55,815 nucleotides of DNA, taken from positions 1 to 55,815 of the IMG/VR virus record IMGVR_UViG_3300013126_000040; one strand, 5' to 3'. A program made the translations under genes and the position numbers. This stretch comes from a virus (taxonomy: Duplodnaviria; Caudoviricetes). Within the stretch, counting starts at the first letter, position 1, and each line of letters starts with the position of its first letter. The notes under the pieces are model-generated. The model was not told the DNA's origin. It did not search any database and saw nothing but the letters and a program-made list of their open reading frames with translations. Positions 47,329 to 55,815 of this stretch are shown piece by piece.

Positions 47329-49866
47329 TTATTTTTCTTTAATTTCTCCAAGTTTCATAAATATTTTATGATCTTGAACCGCTATTAAATCAGCAAATAC
47401 AGCGTCTTCGCTCTTTTTCTTTCCTTTTACAATTACTATATTATTCTCCGCTGGCATATGACTATTCATTTCTTTGCATTCTTCAATCTTATCATTAAAT
47501 ATTAAAGTATTAATCTTAGCATTTTCATCTTCTATATTGAGTCTTAAATACCTAGTCTTTTTAGCGTTATTAGAAACGCCTAGATAATCCTCTTTAATTA
47601 CTCCAATAAATAATACTGGCAGTCCTTGAGGAGCTTCATTTACCTCTCTAATGCTAAGAAGATCTGGCTTTTGATCGGAGAATATATCTTTTAATGTAGT
47701 ATTATATGTATAGCCTAATAACTTGTTTTCATAATACCAGTTTGCAAATCTTTCATTCTTGCTATTTTGTTCATATATTTTTTTGTAAGGCTCATATGAT
47801 TTTCTAATGGTTTCTAATCTGGTATCTTTAATTATAAATTTACCTTTTTCATCTTTAGTGGCATTTAGGAATTTAATGATTTTAAATAGATCATAATCAA
47901 ATTTTTCACCATACATAACCGCATATTTTTGTTCTGTTTGATTTAAAACATTCCAAAGTTGAGCCTCTAGAACGACTTTGCTTCTTGATTGTTTAAAATT
48001 CTCTAATGCTCCAGCTTGAATTAACGGAGACAATACTCTGATTGACAGCTTAGCCTGTTGAGCAGATTTGAAAACATCAAATTTGGTCGCATATTTATTT
48101 CTAAAATTATTTAGTCTTTCTATAGATTTATCTGATATCCCTTTAATTGATAAAAGACCAAATCTTATATTTTTACCTTCGACGCTGAAATCCATTTCTG
48201 ATTTGATAATATGTGGTGGTAATAATTGTATATCAAATAAATCCATTTCTTTATGAATCTTTGATATCTCTGTAATCGGATCTGGCTCAAATCTAGTCAT
48301 TTTCAATAAGGATAAAAAGAATTCTCTAGGATATTTAAATTTTAAATATATAGTAATCGCAGCTAATGCTGCATAGCTTTGACTATGACTTGCGTTGAAT
48401 GAATAGTTTGCAGAATCTTCTAAAATTTTCCATAGCACTTCGGCTACTTCTTTTGGAAGATTATTCTTAATACATTTCTTCTCAATCTTTTCTTTCCAAG
48501 ATTTGATTTCTTCTACCTTTTTCTTTCCCACGATTCTTCTAAGAATTTCTGCTTCATCCAATGTGAAACCTATTTTATTCGCCATTTGCATTAGCTGTTC
48601 TTGATACAAAGCTACTCCACCCGTACGCTTTAAGATATCGTCAAAGAAAGGATGAATTGATTGGAACTCTCCAGTTTCAATATATTTAGCATACTGGTCA
48701 ACAAATTGTAAGGCGCCAGGTCTAGCCAGTGCGAGAACAGCGCTTAATTCTTCGGAATTCCTAGGCTTAACTTTTCTACATACTTTAAAGTTTGTATCTG
48801 CTTCGATTTGAAATAAACCATGTGGACTTTTTAAGTCTTGTAGTTGTTGATATATAAAAACATCTTCTATATCAATATCTTCAATATTTTTATTGATCAT
48901 ACTGCAGACATCATAAACTACAGATACGCTTCTTAAGCCTAACAAATCCAGTTTTACATTAAATTGACTTATATCATTCATATCGAATGCGCTAACAGAT
49001 TCTTTATCCGAGGATAGTTCTAACGGACAGGTATCCGATAATGGACTATGAGATATTTGAATACCCGAAGGGTGTACGCCTTTATTTTTAATAAGATTTC
49101 TTAATTTTAAAGCTATATTATATATTTCTAGGTTTTCGTCACACCATACTTTAAATTTTTCTACTTCATTATATGCTTCTGAAATATCTTTTACTTGACC
49201 AAATATTTTTGGTATAAGCGCACTTACGCCAGTCATTTCGGTCTCGCTTTTCTCGTCAATTATCTTTCCACATTCCTTTATTAATAGTTTTCCACTGAGA
49301 GTATTAAAAGTTAAGATTTTACTAATTCTATTTGGGAAAATTTCATTAAGAAAATCAACGACTTTGTATCGATTATAATAACAAATATCAAGATCTACGT
49401 CACACATTAAACTGCCGTCCAAATAAGTTATTCCATCAACAACCTGCTTTTTAGCGCGAATCTTGGATATAAATCTTTCAAAATAAAGGTTATGTCTAAT
49501 TGGATCAATCTTTGTGACACTTATAACATAAAGAATTAGGCTTCCTGCTGCGCTGCCTCTGCCTAATCCAGTAGGTATTTTATTTTCTTTACAATAATTA
49601 ATTACAAGCCATACCAAAATGATATAATCAATAAACCCTAAATCTTCAATAATATCAAATTCGTGATCTAGTCTCTTTTTATATTCCTTGCCATTTGGTA
49701 GATTTGAGTAGGCGAGTTTTTTAAGAAAGTCCGTGTTCGATGCGTCTTCAGACAAACCTAAATTTCTTTTATATTCAGGTTTAACCTTAAACTCTGGTAA
49801 TCTTATACCATACAAAGGCAGATCAATTTTCTTAAATGAATTGGCAAAATCAATAGTCTTCGTCAT
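47329..49866 (-). CDS. dnaE: DNA polymerase III alpha subunit, catalytic part lacking the PHP domain
   Basis: GRGSAAGSL, FERF, DVDLD, GVHPSG, KLDLLGL, GLFQIE, LYQEQ, YSFNASHS..YA, IRFGL.SIKG motifs; C-terminal OB fold. Confidence 0.95.
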   Translation of the reverse strand: MTKTIDFANSFKKIDLPLYGIRLPEFKVKPEYKRNLGLSEDASNTDFLKKLAYSNLPNGKEYKKRLDHEFDIIEDLGFIDYIILVWLVINYCKENKIPTGLGRGSAAGSLILYVISVTKIDPIRHNLYFERFISKIRAKKQVVDGITYLDGSLMCDVDLDICYYNRYKVVDFLNEIFPNRISKILTFNTLSGKLLIKECGKIIDEKSETEMTGVSALIPKIFGQVKDISEAYNEVEKFKVWCDENLEIYNIALKLRNLIKNKGVHPSGIQISHSPLSDTCPLELSSDKESVSAFDMNDISQFNVKLDLLGLRSVSVVYDVCSMINKNIEDIDIEDVFIYQQLQDLKSPHGLFQIEADTNFKVCRKVKPRNSEELSAVLALARPGALQFVDQYAKYIETGEFQSIHPFFDDILKRTGGVALYQEQLMQMANKIGFTLDEAEILRRIVGKKKVEEIKSWKEKIEKKCIKNNLPKEVAEVLWKILEDSANYSFNASHSQSYAALAAITIYLKFKYPREFFLSLLKMTRFEPDPITEISKIHKEMDLFDIQLLPPHIIKSEMDFSVEGKNIRFGLLSIKGISDKSIERLNNFRNKYATKFDVFKSAQQAKLSIRVLSPLIQAGALENFKQSRSKVVLEAQLWNVLNQTEQKYAVMYGEKFDYDLFKIIKFLNATKDEKGKFIIKDTRLETIRKSYEPYKKIYEQNSKNERFANWYYENKLLGYTYNTTLKDIFSDQKPDLLSIREVNEAPQGLPVLFIGVIKEDYLGVSNNAKKTRYLRLNIEDENAKINTLIFNDKIEECKEMNSHMPAENNIVIVKGKKKSEDAVFADLIAVQDHKIFMKLGEIKEK

Positions 49867-50098
49867 CACTCTTTCTTTTTCTTCTCTTCTTATGTTTATT
49901 TATTGATTTATCTAAATTTTGTTGAAATTCTGTAAGACCTTGTTTTAGAGCAGCGAAAGATTTTTCTTCGTTATTCAATGAATAAAATACATCCGCTTTA
50001 CTATTGGTTTTTCCGTGTTGCAAAGTGATTAAAAGATAATCAATATTTTCTTTCTCGAATTTATTGAGAATGTCGTATATAAAATCCATTGATGCCAT
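49850..50098 (-). CDS. Hypothetical protein
   Basis: 82 aa with its own promoter; overlaps the dnaE start. Confidence 0.7.
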   Translation of the reverse strand: MASMDFIYDILNKFEKENIDYLLITLQHGKTNSKADVFYSLNNEEKSFAALKQGLTEFQQNLDKSINKHKKRRKRKSDDEDY

Positions 50099-50106
50099 AA
50101 TTAGTT

Positions 50107-50135
50107 ATTATAATCCTTTCTTATATAGAATGCAA
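50107..50135 (-). promoter_or_regulatory. Sigma70-like promoter
   Basis: TTGCAT-N17-TATAAT, 8 nt before the ATG. Confidence 0.72.
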
Positions 50136-50777
50136 TCAAATGTTGACCATATATTTAATTTTATTCCAAACTTTAAAATTAAGCTCAAGATCTGAGAGTG
50201 CATTATGCAATGAATCATAATCGTGATTAATATCTAAATCTTTTCCTGCAGTTGTTAAATTTGTCCTTACGTTTTTTACTTTCGTATGATATAATTTATA
50301 CATATATTCTGATAGATTTTCTTTTTTGGGATCATATGCTGAGGAAGTTTTAATTCCTTTATATAATAGATTAGTATCTATACTCTTAGCCAAAAAGTCA
50401 ATAGGCTTTTCTCCCATAAATTTATAATATTCGTTAAGAATATAAAGATCAAATCCTATAATATTATGCCCAACAATATAGTCTGATTTTTCAATCCAAT
50501 CCTTAAGAGTTGGGAAAAAAGCCTCTGGATCGATACCGTTTTTTTCAATATATTTGGGATCGAATCTTGTTATCCTTGCCGCATCTTTACTAATTTTTAA
50601 ATGAGTCTTCCACTTAATATAAGCGTTTTTGGAATCAATAATTCTATCTCCTTGACATTTTAACATTGCGATTTGCCAAGGTAAATTATGACAGAAATTT
50701 AAACAAAGATTAAATGTTTCGCAATCTATAAAAAGAAATGTTTTATCTTTATTAAATCTTAAAAGATGTTCATCCAT
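50136..50777 (-). CDS. dnaQ: DEDDh 3'-5' exonuclease (Pol III epsilon-like)
   Basis: ExoI FIDCET, ExoII GHNIIGFD, ExoIII HNALSD. Confidence 0.88.
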   Translation of the reverse strand: MDEHLLRFNKDKTFLFIDCETFNLCLNFCHNLPWQIAMLKCQGDRIIDSKNAYIKWKTHLKISKDAARITRFDPKYIEKNGIDPEAFFPTLKDWIEKSDYIVGHNIIGFDLYILNEYYKFMGEKPIDFLAKSIDTNLLYKGIKTSSAYDPKKENLSEYMYKLYHTKVKNVRTNLTTAGKDLDINHDYDSLHNALSDLELNFKVWNKIKYMVNI

Positions 50778-51531
50778 GATTTTGTTCTTTCCAGCTTTCT
50801 ACGCAGAATTCATTGCTCGACATATGCTCCATCTCTGGCTTGTTGAGACTAGTTCTGCTGTTAATGCATTTAAAAGTTAAATAACTTTTAAAATCTTTTC
50901 TATTTTTATAATAAATACTTTTAGTTTTAATAACCTCTAGTTTATTTGTTTCTGCAAATTTTAGCATTTTTGATTTTAAAAGCGGGTCAAATATTAAATT
51001 ATTTTCTTCGGTAAATACCACTGGCTTATAATTTTCTACAAACGGAAGACACTGATATCCTCTCAATGAATTGTTAAATATAAAATTATCATAGAATGGT
51101 ATTGCTAATCTAATATGCTCATTGAATACATCTTTTAATACTTGCATATCTAATCTTGGGGTATAATAAAATCCTTCTGTGCTTGCTTTAGTCCAAAGCT
51201 TGATTAAAGTCTTGTATCCTTCATTGCCATCAGCAAAGATAATTAGTTTATGATGCTTCTTAAGCTCTTCTTCATTTTTATTATTAATATTATCACAAAA
51301 TACAAATTTAACGCCAAATATAAGATCAATGTTGTTTTCTTTTAAATGTTTATATGCTTGAAGAAATCCACTAAAACAATCTTCTACAAGAAAAACTTTT
51401 TTAAGTTTATTGTCTTTTGCAATTTGTATAATAGAATCTGGTTCATTATCCTCATCATTCTTCTCTTCAAGAGTAAGAATACTCTTACCTATTGAAAAAT
51501 GGCTTTTAAATAATGGCAGGACTTTATACAT
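50770..51531 (-). CDS. Stand-alone PHP domain of DnaE
   Basis: SHFSIGKS, I.LIFG, L.I.A...EGYK.LIKL...A..EGFYY.PR.D motifs match the DnaE N-terminus; metal ligands look degenerate. Confidence 0.85.
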   Translation of the reverse strand: MYKVLPLFKSHFSIGKSILTLEEKNDEDNEPDSIIQIAKDNKLKKVFLVEDCFSGFLQAYKHLKENNIDLIFGVKFVFCDNINNKNEEELKKHHKLIIFADGNEGYKTLIKLWTKASTEGFYYTPRLDMQVLKDVFNEHIRLAIPFYDNFIFNNSLRGYQCLPFVENYKPVVFTEENNLIFDPLLKSKMLKFAETNKLEVIKTKSIYYKNRKDFKSYLTFKCINSRTSLNKPEMEHMSSNEFCVESWKEQNHG

Positions 51532-51537
51532 GATATA

Positions 51538-51566
51538 TTTATACTATATCTTAATTTAAGTGTCAA
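51538..51566 (-). promoter_or_regulatory. Sigma70-like promoter
   Basis: TTGACA-N17-TATAAA, 6 nt before the ATG. Confidence 0.8.
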
Positions 51567-52555
51567 GATAAATCATCAAAAACATCTTTGGTTTTTGATG
51601 ACATTTCCTCTAAAATATCGTCAGTAGATTGGTTTATAGATACATTGTTAAATCTTGGACATCCAGCGTATTTTCTTTTTTCTATTTTAAATCCTTTTAT
51701 TTCTTTAAATTTACCATCAAAATTTGATTCTACGATTTCATCCTTCTCATTTAATTTAACATAGTATTCAAATGAATCCTTATATGGACATTTCCAGTTT
51801 CCTACTCCGCACATCCATTTATTCTTTGGGTTATCAGATGCAAAATTAGATTCTGCGCTATTAATATTAAAATTATTAATATGGGCATTTACATACTCTA
51901 AATAATGCTCAAATCCTTTAATTTGATCATCATCAAATTGCAATTCTTGAACTGGCTGCTTTGGGAACCTCAAGAATAGAAATCTTACTATAGGCTTTAA
52001 TTTAGGCCATAATTTTTTACTAGCCAAGCTATACATCATAGCTTGAATATTGGCTTCTAGGTCATCACCCCTAAATTTAGCTTTCGAGCTTTTGTAGTCG
52101 ATTATAAGCATTTTATTTTTGGTCTTAATAGGCTTATCTATAAAGCCCTTAACATGGTATTTTGGGCTCTCGCTTTTAATTTCAAATGCATATTCTGGCG
52201 ATACGATTTTACCGTCTTCTCCGTAAAAATCATGTTTTAATCCTACTAATATCATTTCGTCAATAATTTGAAAATTACTCATGTCTAATGGAGCTTGATT
52301 AATAAGCTTTTTTGTTAGTCTTTCTATTGCTTTGCTGCCCTTAATTGAATTATTTTTTATAATTGATGTAAAATGTTTCTTATGCTTTTTATTTAATAAA
52401 ATTTCAAATATTTTATGGCAAACTGTTCCTCTTAGCGCTCCATCATTTTGAGTCTGTGGTATTTTAGTGTGATAGTTATTCCAATATACCCAAGAGCAGG
52501 TCTCTAAAGTTTTAATTCTAGATGCGGATAAAATTTTTAAAGGTTTGTTGTCCAT
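51563..52555 (-). CDS. PD-(D/E)xK exonuclease (RecB/AddB/Cas4-like)
   Basis: LSASRI....C, RGT..H, GFID, IIDYKS, Q...Y motifs and C-terminal Cys residues. Confidence 0.88.
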   Translation of the reverse strand: MDNKPLKILSASRIKTLETCSWVYWNNYHTKIPQTQNDGALRGTVCHKIFEILLNKKHKKHFTSIIKNNSIKGSKAIERLTKKLINQAPLDMSNFQIIDEMILVGLKHDFYGEDGKIVSPEYAFEIKSESPKYHVKGFIDKPIKTKNKMLIIDYKSSKAKFRGDDLEANIQAMMYSLASKKLWPKLKPIVRFLFLRFPKQPVQELQFDDDQIKGFEHYLEYVNAHINNFNINSAESNFASDNPKNKWMCGVGNWKCPYKDSFEYYVKLNEKDEIVESNFDGKFKEIKGFKIEKRKYAGCPRFNNVSINQSTDDILEEMSSKTKDVFDDLS

Positions 52556-53445
52556 TGTATGATTTCTTCTTTTGTCATCTCACCAAAATCTTTTTTTGTT
52601 GGAAGCGTTATTGATATTTGATGTTTATCAAAATGCTTTAATAGTTTTTCTTTCGTTTTTTCTGCTGCTAGGTTACCTGCATTGTTTTTTGAACTGTCAT
52701 TATTGAATGATATATAGATTTTATTTGGATTTAATATCAATAGTGTATTTAAAATTCCGGTACTTAAATTTAATCCAAAGGTCACTATTGTATTTTTTAT
52801 TCCAGCTTCCCATAAGGCAAGCATATCACCAATACTTTCAATAAGAATAACGTTTTTAGATTCCGATAAAATTTTTGAATTTATTTGAAGCGGATATTTC
52901 CAATTCGATTTATCACCTACTAATTTCCATTTTGGACACATTTTTTCATTTCTATTTAAAATATCTCTACCTGCAACCCCGATCAATTGTTTTTCTTTAT
53001 TAAAGATAGGAAATACATATCTGCCCTTCATTCTTCCTTCTTGTAAAATTCCTCCTTCAAATATATTTATAGTTTCATCAGATATATTTCTTTTATTCCA
53101 AAATGTATGATCTTTTACCAATTTAGACAGTACATCAGAGGGATAACATTTTACTTGTTTGATTTCTGGCTTCTTGTATACTGTAAATGTATTTGTATTT
53201 GGAGTTTTTTGATTAATCCATTCTTTAGCTTCAATATTGTTTGGCAAATTTAATGTCATTCTTACTAAATCTTGCAAAGTCCCTGTGGTATTTTCTTTGT
53301 AGTCTATCCATTTCCCGCTGTCCTTATAAATAACTAATACATTTTCGTTATCTGAATCTCTATATAAAGGTTTTGTTCTATACTCTTTCGAGTATTCTTT
53401 TAGATTATAACCAAGATTAGATAATATTTCTTTTACGTTTTCCAT
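52537..53445 (-). CDS. DNA primase (DnaG-like TOPRIM)
   Basis: R..FPI.....IGV.GR, PKW, ILIESIGD..AL, FNND, KDFGE motifs; the N-terminal Zn-finger cysteines are absent. Confidence 0.85.
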   Translation of the reverse strand: MENVKEILSNLGYNLKEYSKEYRTKPLYRDSDNENVLVIYKDSGKWIDYKENTTGTLQDLVRMTLNLPNNIEAKEWINQKTPNTNTFTVYKKPEIKQVKCYPSDVLSKLVKDHTFWNKRNISDETINIFEGGILQEGRMKGRYVFPIFNKEKQLIGVAGRDILNRNEKMCPKWKLVGDKSNWKYPLQINSKILSESKNVILIESIGDMLALWEAGIKNTIVTFGLNLSTGILNTLLILNPNKIYISFNNDSSKNNAGNLAAEKTKEKLLKHFDKHQISITLPTKKDFGEMTKEEIIQWTTNL

Positions 53446-54089
53446 TGTAAAGCTTCGCTAATTAAAGGAAATTCTTTAATAAATATTTTTTTACATCTAT
53501 CCGCAATGATTCTATGTTCTTTTTGAGTATTTTGTTCTGTCCTTAATTCAAGATAATGAATCCAGCTTCTTAAAGAACCTTTCATATACATGGTTGTTTC
53601 TGTTGTTAATGGCAAAATCATTCTTGCTACTTCTTTCGCTACTCCATTTTCAATCATAGTCTCGTAACAGTGATGAGATAATGATATTGACTCTGCAATA
53701 AGATTGCTAATATTTTCATATGCAGGATTTGTTACTGGCATAAGATTTTCCCCAACTTGTCTATTTTTATCTCCTTGTAATCTTAATTCAATATCTTCAA
53801 ATTCATTTGCAATACTATACCTTTGACTAAATTCTTGAAATGAAAATGATCTATGTCTTAGTATTTGCGCTGCGATAGCTCTGCTAGTTTTAATTTCTAG
53901 TGTCATGTCAACTAATTCAAATGGAGACCAATGCTTATGCTTAATTAAGAAGCCTAATAGTTTTGGCGCAGTTTCTGTGCTCATCTGGTTTGATGGATTA
54001 CTAACTCTGGCACAATAAGCCACTAAATCTTCTGCATTGTTAATGCCATCAATATATGGTTGAGTAATTGATATTAATTTAACATTCAT
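53433..54089 (-). CDS. thyX: FAD-dependent thymidylate synthase
   Basis: HWSPFE, QILRHRSFSFQEFSQRY, KEVARMILP, TQKEHR motifs. Confidence 0.97.
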   Translation of the reverse strand: MNVKLISITQPYIDGINNAEDLVAYCARVSNPSNQMSTETAPKLLGFLIKHKHWSPFELVDMTLEIKTSRAIAAQILRHRSFSFQEFSQRYSIANEFEDIELRLQGDKNRQVGENLMPVTNPAYENISNLIAESISLSHHCYETMIENGVAKEVARMILPLTTETTMYMKGSLRSWIHYLELRTEQNTQKEHRIIADRCKKIFIKEFPLISEALQWKT

Positions 54090-55576
54090 AATAATTCTCC
54101 GTCTTCATTTTGACCACCTTCATCAAAATCTAGTCTTTCATTTTCTGCATCTACAATCTCTCTTAAAGTGCCTCTTTCTTCTACATTAAAATTGTTTACT
54201 TCAAAATTAATATAATTATTAAAATATTTAAATTCATTTTCTCCAACTCTTCTACGAACAAGATCGTGATGACCTGCGCCGTCTCTGCCTTGGAATCTAG
54301 TTTTAATCGCTATTAACTTATGAGTTCCGAATTGCTCACCATCTACTTGTATTTCGTCTTGAGTTTTTCTTCTAAAAATTCCCACAAATGACGCAAACCA
54401 TTGCATACGATCAGATAAGGCGATAGCAGAGCTATCATCTGTAACTTGATTTGCGCTTCTATTAAAGTTTTCTCCAGTTCTATTTAATTGCATGGCAGTA
54501 ATAACTGGGCATTTAATTTCTTCTGAAATTCTTTTTAGTTTATCAATCTTATCTCCAATAGCTTGATGTTCTGCCCAATTTTGACTTACTTTTTCTCCGG
54601 TCAATTTAATATAATCATAAACTATAAGAGCTTGATTGCCTCTTCCTACTTTAGTATAATACCACCTTCTAATAATCGATGCAACTTCATCTACATTTTT
54701 ATTTGCTACATGATAATGATAATGAGTCATTCCTTTAACTTTAGGCCAAGCATCTCTTACCTTTTGAATCATTTCTGGATTTTTTCTCCAATTGCCAGTT
54801 TCAATGAACCAAAGTGGAACGCCAGATATGCTAGAAACGAGTCTCATTTGAGTGTCTAAAGTAGACATCTCTGTATCTAAAATTAAAGCTTTTGTGTTTT
54901 TATTATGAACATTTGCTGTTTTATAAGCAATATCATTAAGCCATGTGCTTTTGCCCTGTCCAGGTCTACTTACTATAGAATAAATATTCCCCTGTTTTAG
55001 ACCTCCATATAGATTATTAAAATTGTTATAAGGAGTTTTTAATCCAGTCTCTTCTCTTGGATTATTACCAATCTCTTCAATAATATTTTCCATTTCTTCA
55101 AACAAGTTGATTGGTTCGCCTTCAAGGTAATATTGACTTACTTTATTATTATAAATCTCATCTACTTTAGACACAATAGAGTCTATGCCATCCTCTGCAT
55201 TTTCTTTAACGAATTTTTTAACATTTTCTGCAGTTTCAAACAGCTCTCTACGAACTTTAATTTTACTTAATTCTTTGCAAGCATTAATGGTCCCTTGAGT
55301 ATTAATTTGAGTAAGAGCTAAAGCATCAATATATGAAAAAATATCAATTTCATCTTTAAATGATATTCCTAGATTTTTAATCTTTTGAGCAAGCAGCACT
55401 TTATCTATCTTATTATTCTTATTTAGTTCGTCTTTGATACAAGAAAAAATAGTACTGTGCACATCATTAAAAAAATCTTTTTCAGATATAAATTTTGAAA
55501 CATCAAAAAATACCTCTGGATTCCTAATGAGTCCGCCTAGAACATGTCTTTCGACCTGTACAGAATAAATGGGCAT
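54086..55576 (-). CDS. dnaB: Replicative DNA helicase
   Basis: E..VLG.L N-terminus, Walker A SRPGQGKS, DTEM, DYIK, QLNR motifs. Confidence 0.93.
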   Translation of the reverse strand: MPIYSVQVERHVLGGLIRNPEVFFDVSKFISEKDFFNDVHSTIFSCIKDELNKNNKIDKVLLAQKIKNLGISFKDEIDIFSYIDALALTQINTQGTINACKELSKIKVRRELFETAENVKKFVKENAEDGIDSIVSKVDEIYNNKVSQYYLEGEPINLFEEMENIIEEIGNNPREETGLKTPYNNFNNLYGGLKQGNIYSIVSRPGQGKSTWLNDIAYKTANVHNKNTKALILDTEMSTLDTQMRLVSSISGVPLWFIETGNWRKNPEMIQKVRDAWPKVKGMTHYHYHVANKNVDEVASIIRRWYYTKVGRGNQALIVYDYIKLTGEKVSQNWAEHQAIGDKIDKLKRISEEIKCPVITAMQLNRTGENFNRSANQVTDDSSAIALSDRMQWFASFVGIFRRKTQDEIQVDGEQFGTHKLIAIKTRFQGRDGAGHHDLVRRRVGENEFKYFNNYINFEVNNFNVEERGTLREIVDAENERLDFDEGGQNEDGELL

Positions 55577-55584
55577 AACATCTA

Positions 55585-55613
55585 ATTGTAGTATCTATTT
55601 AATTTTTAGTCAA
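55585..55613 (-). promoter_or_regulatory. Sigma70-like promoter
   Basis: TTGACT-N17-TACAAT, 8 nt before the dnaB ATG. Confidence 0.75.
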
Positions 55614-55814
55614 CTAATCTTTTTTCTTGCGTTTCTTTTTACCAATCTCCGCAATATTTTGTATTGTGCATTCAATATTTAGTGAATTCATTGCTTCTGC
55701 CCAATAATTTACATATTGCTGTAAAGCCATAGCATTTAATTGATTATCAAATTTTGTTGTGACTTGAGGATCGCCTTCGGAATTAAAATTAAATAAAATA
55801 AATCCTCCAAATGA
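55614..55814 (-). CDS. Hypothetical protein (start lies beyond the window edge)
   Basis: Open frame SFGGFILFNFNSEGDP...KKKRKKKD ending in TAG at 55614-55616. Confidence 0.7.
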   Translation of the reverse strand, partial: SFGGFILFNFNSEGDPQVTTKFDNQLNAMALQQYVNYWAEAMNSLNIECTIQNIAEIGKKKRKKKD

Positions 55815-55815
55815 G

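Noticed and set aside
51563-52555. Cas4 as evidence of a CRISPR-Cas system
   Set aside because: No array or other cas genes; stand-alone nucleases of this type are common in phage replication modules.
309-54859. Short antisense or nested ORFs in the ORF track (e.g. 309-500, 1643-2011, 6819-7025, 13277-13603, 17846-18250, 54563-54859)
   Set aside because: They are shadows of long genes with recognisable motifs and show no independent signals.
1-55815. Stop-codon reassignment, tRNA or rRNA genes
   Set aside because: Standard-code ORFs tile the window almost completely, and the intergenic gaps show no RNA-gene structure.

Overview
A gene-dense, strongly AT-rich segment of a large tailed dsDNA phage genome, most likely a siphovirus (long tape measure protein, lambda-like tail tip, no sheath gene). 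It uses the standard genetic code. Left arm (+, 1-18.5 kb): collagen-like fibre, neck genes, major tail tube, tail chaperones and a 3287-aa tape measure protein. Middle (-, 18.5-32.9 kb): an inverted lambda-type M-L-K-I-J tail-tip operon. Next (+, 32.9-42.8 kb): three tail-tube paralogues and IPT/TIG fibre proteins, transcribed divergently from the tip operon. Right arm (-, 42.8-55.8 kb): early/replication genes (Rad52-like annealing protein, glycosyltransferases, DnaE split into separate PHP, exonuclease and catalytic genes, PD-(D/E)xK nuclease, primase, ThyX, DnaB). The strongest candidate for an undescribed system is a pair of paralogous Hint domains that lack the +1 Cys/Ser/Thr of true inteins (BIL-type). 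One follows the ubiquitin-like domain of gpI between poly-Gly linkers, the other separates an Ig-like appendage from the gpJ core, and both lie next to an intact JAB/NlpC-P60 gpK. This suggests self-processing or ligation of tail-tip proteins. Other highlights: motif-delimited cargo domains in the tape measure protein (REase-like, M15 peptidase-like), a GT9 split across two genes beside [ST]G-rich virion proteins, a GTGTAA late-promoter motif, and five sigma70 promoters positioned to give near-leaderless mRNAs. All calls come from reading motifs by eye; no database searches were run.
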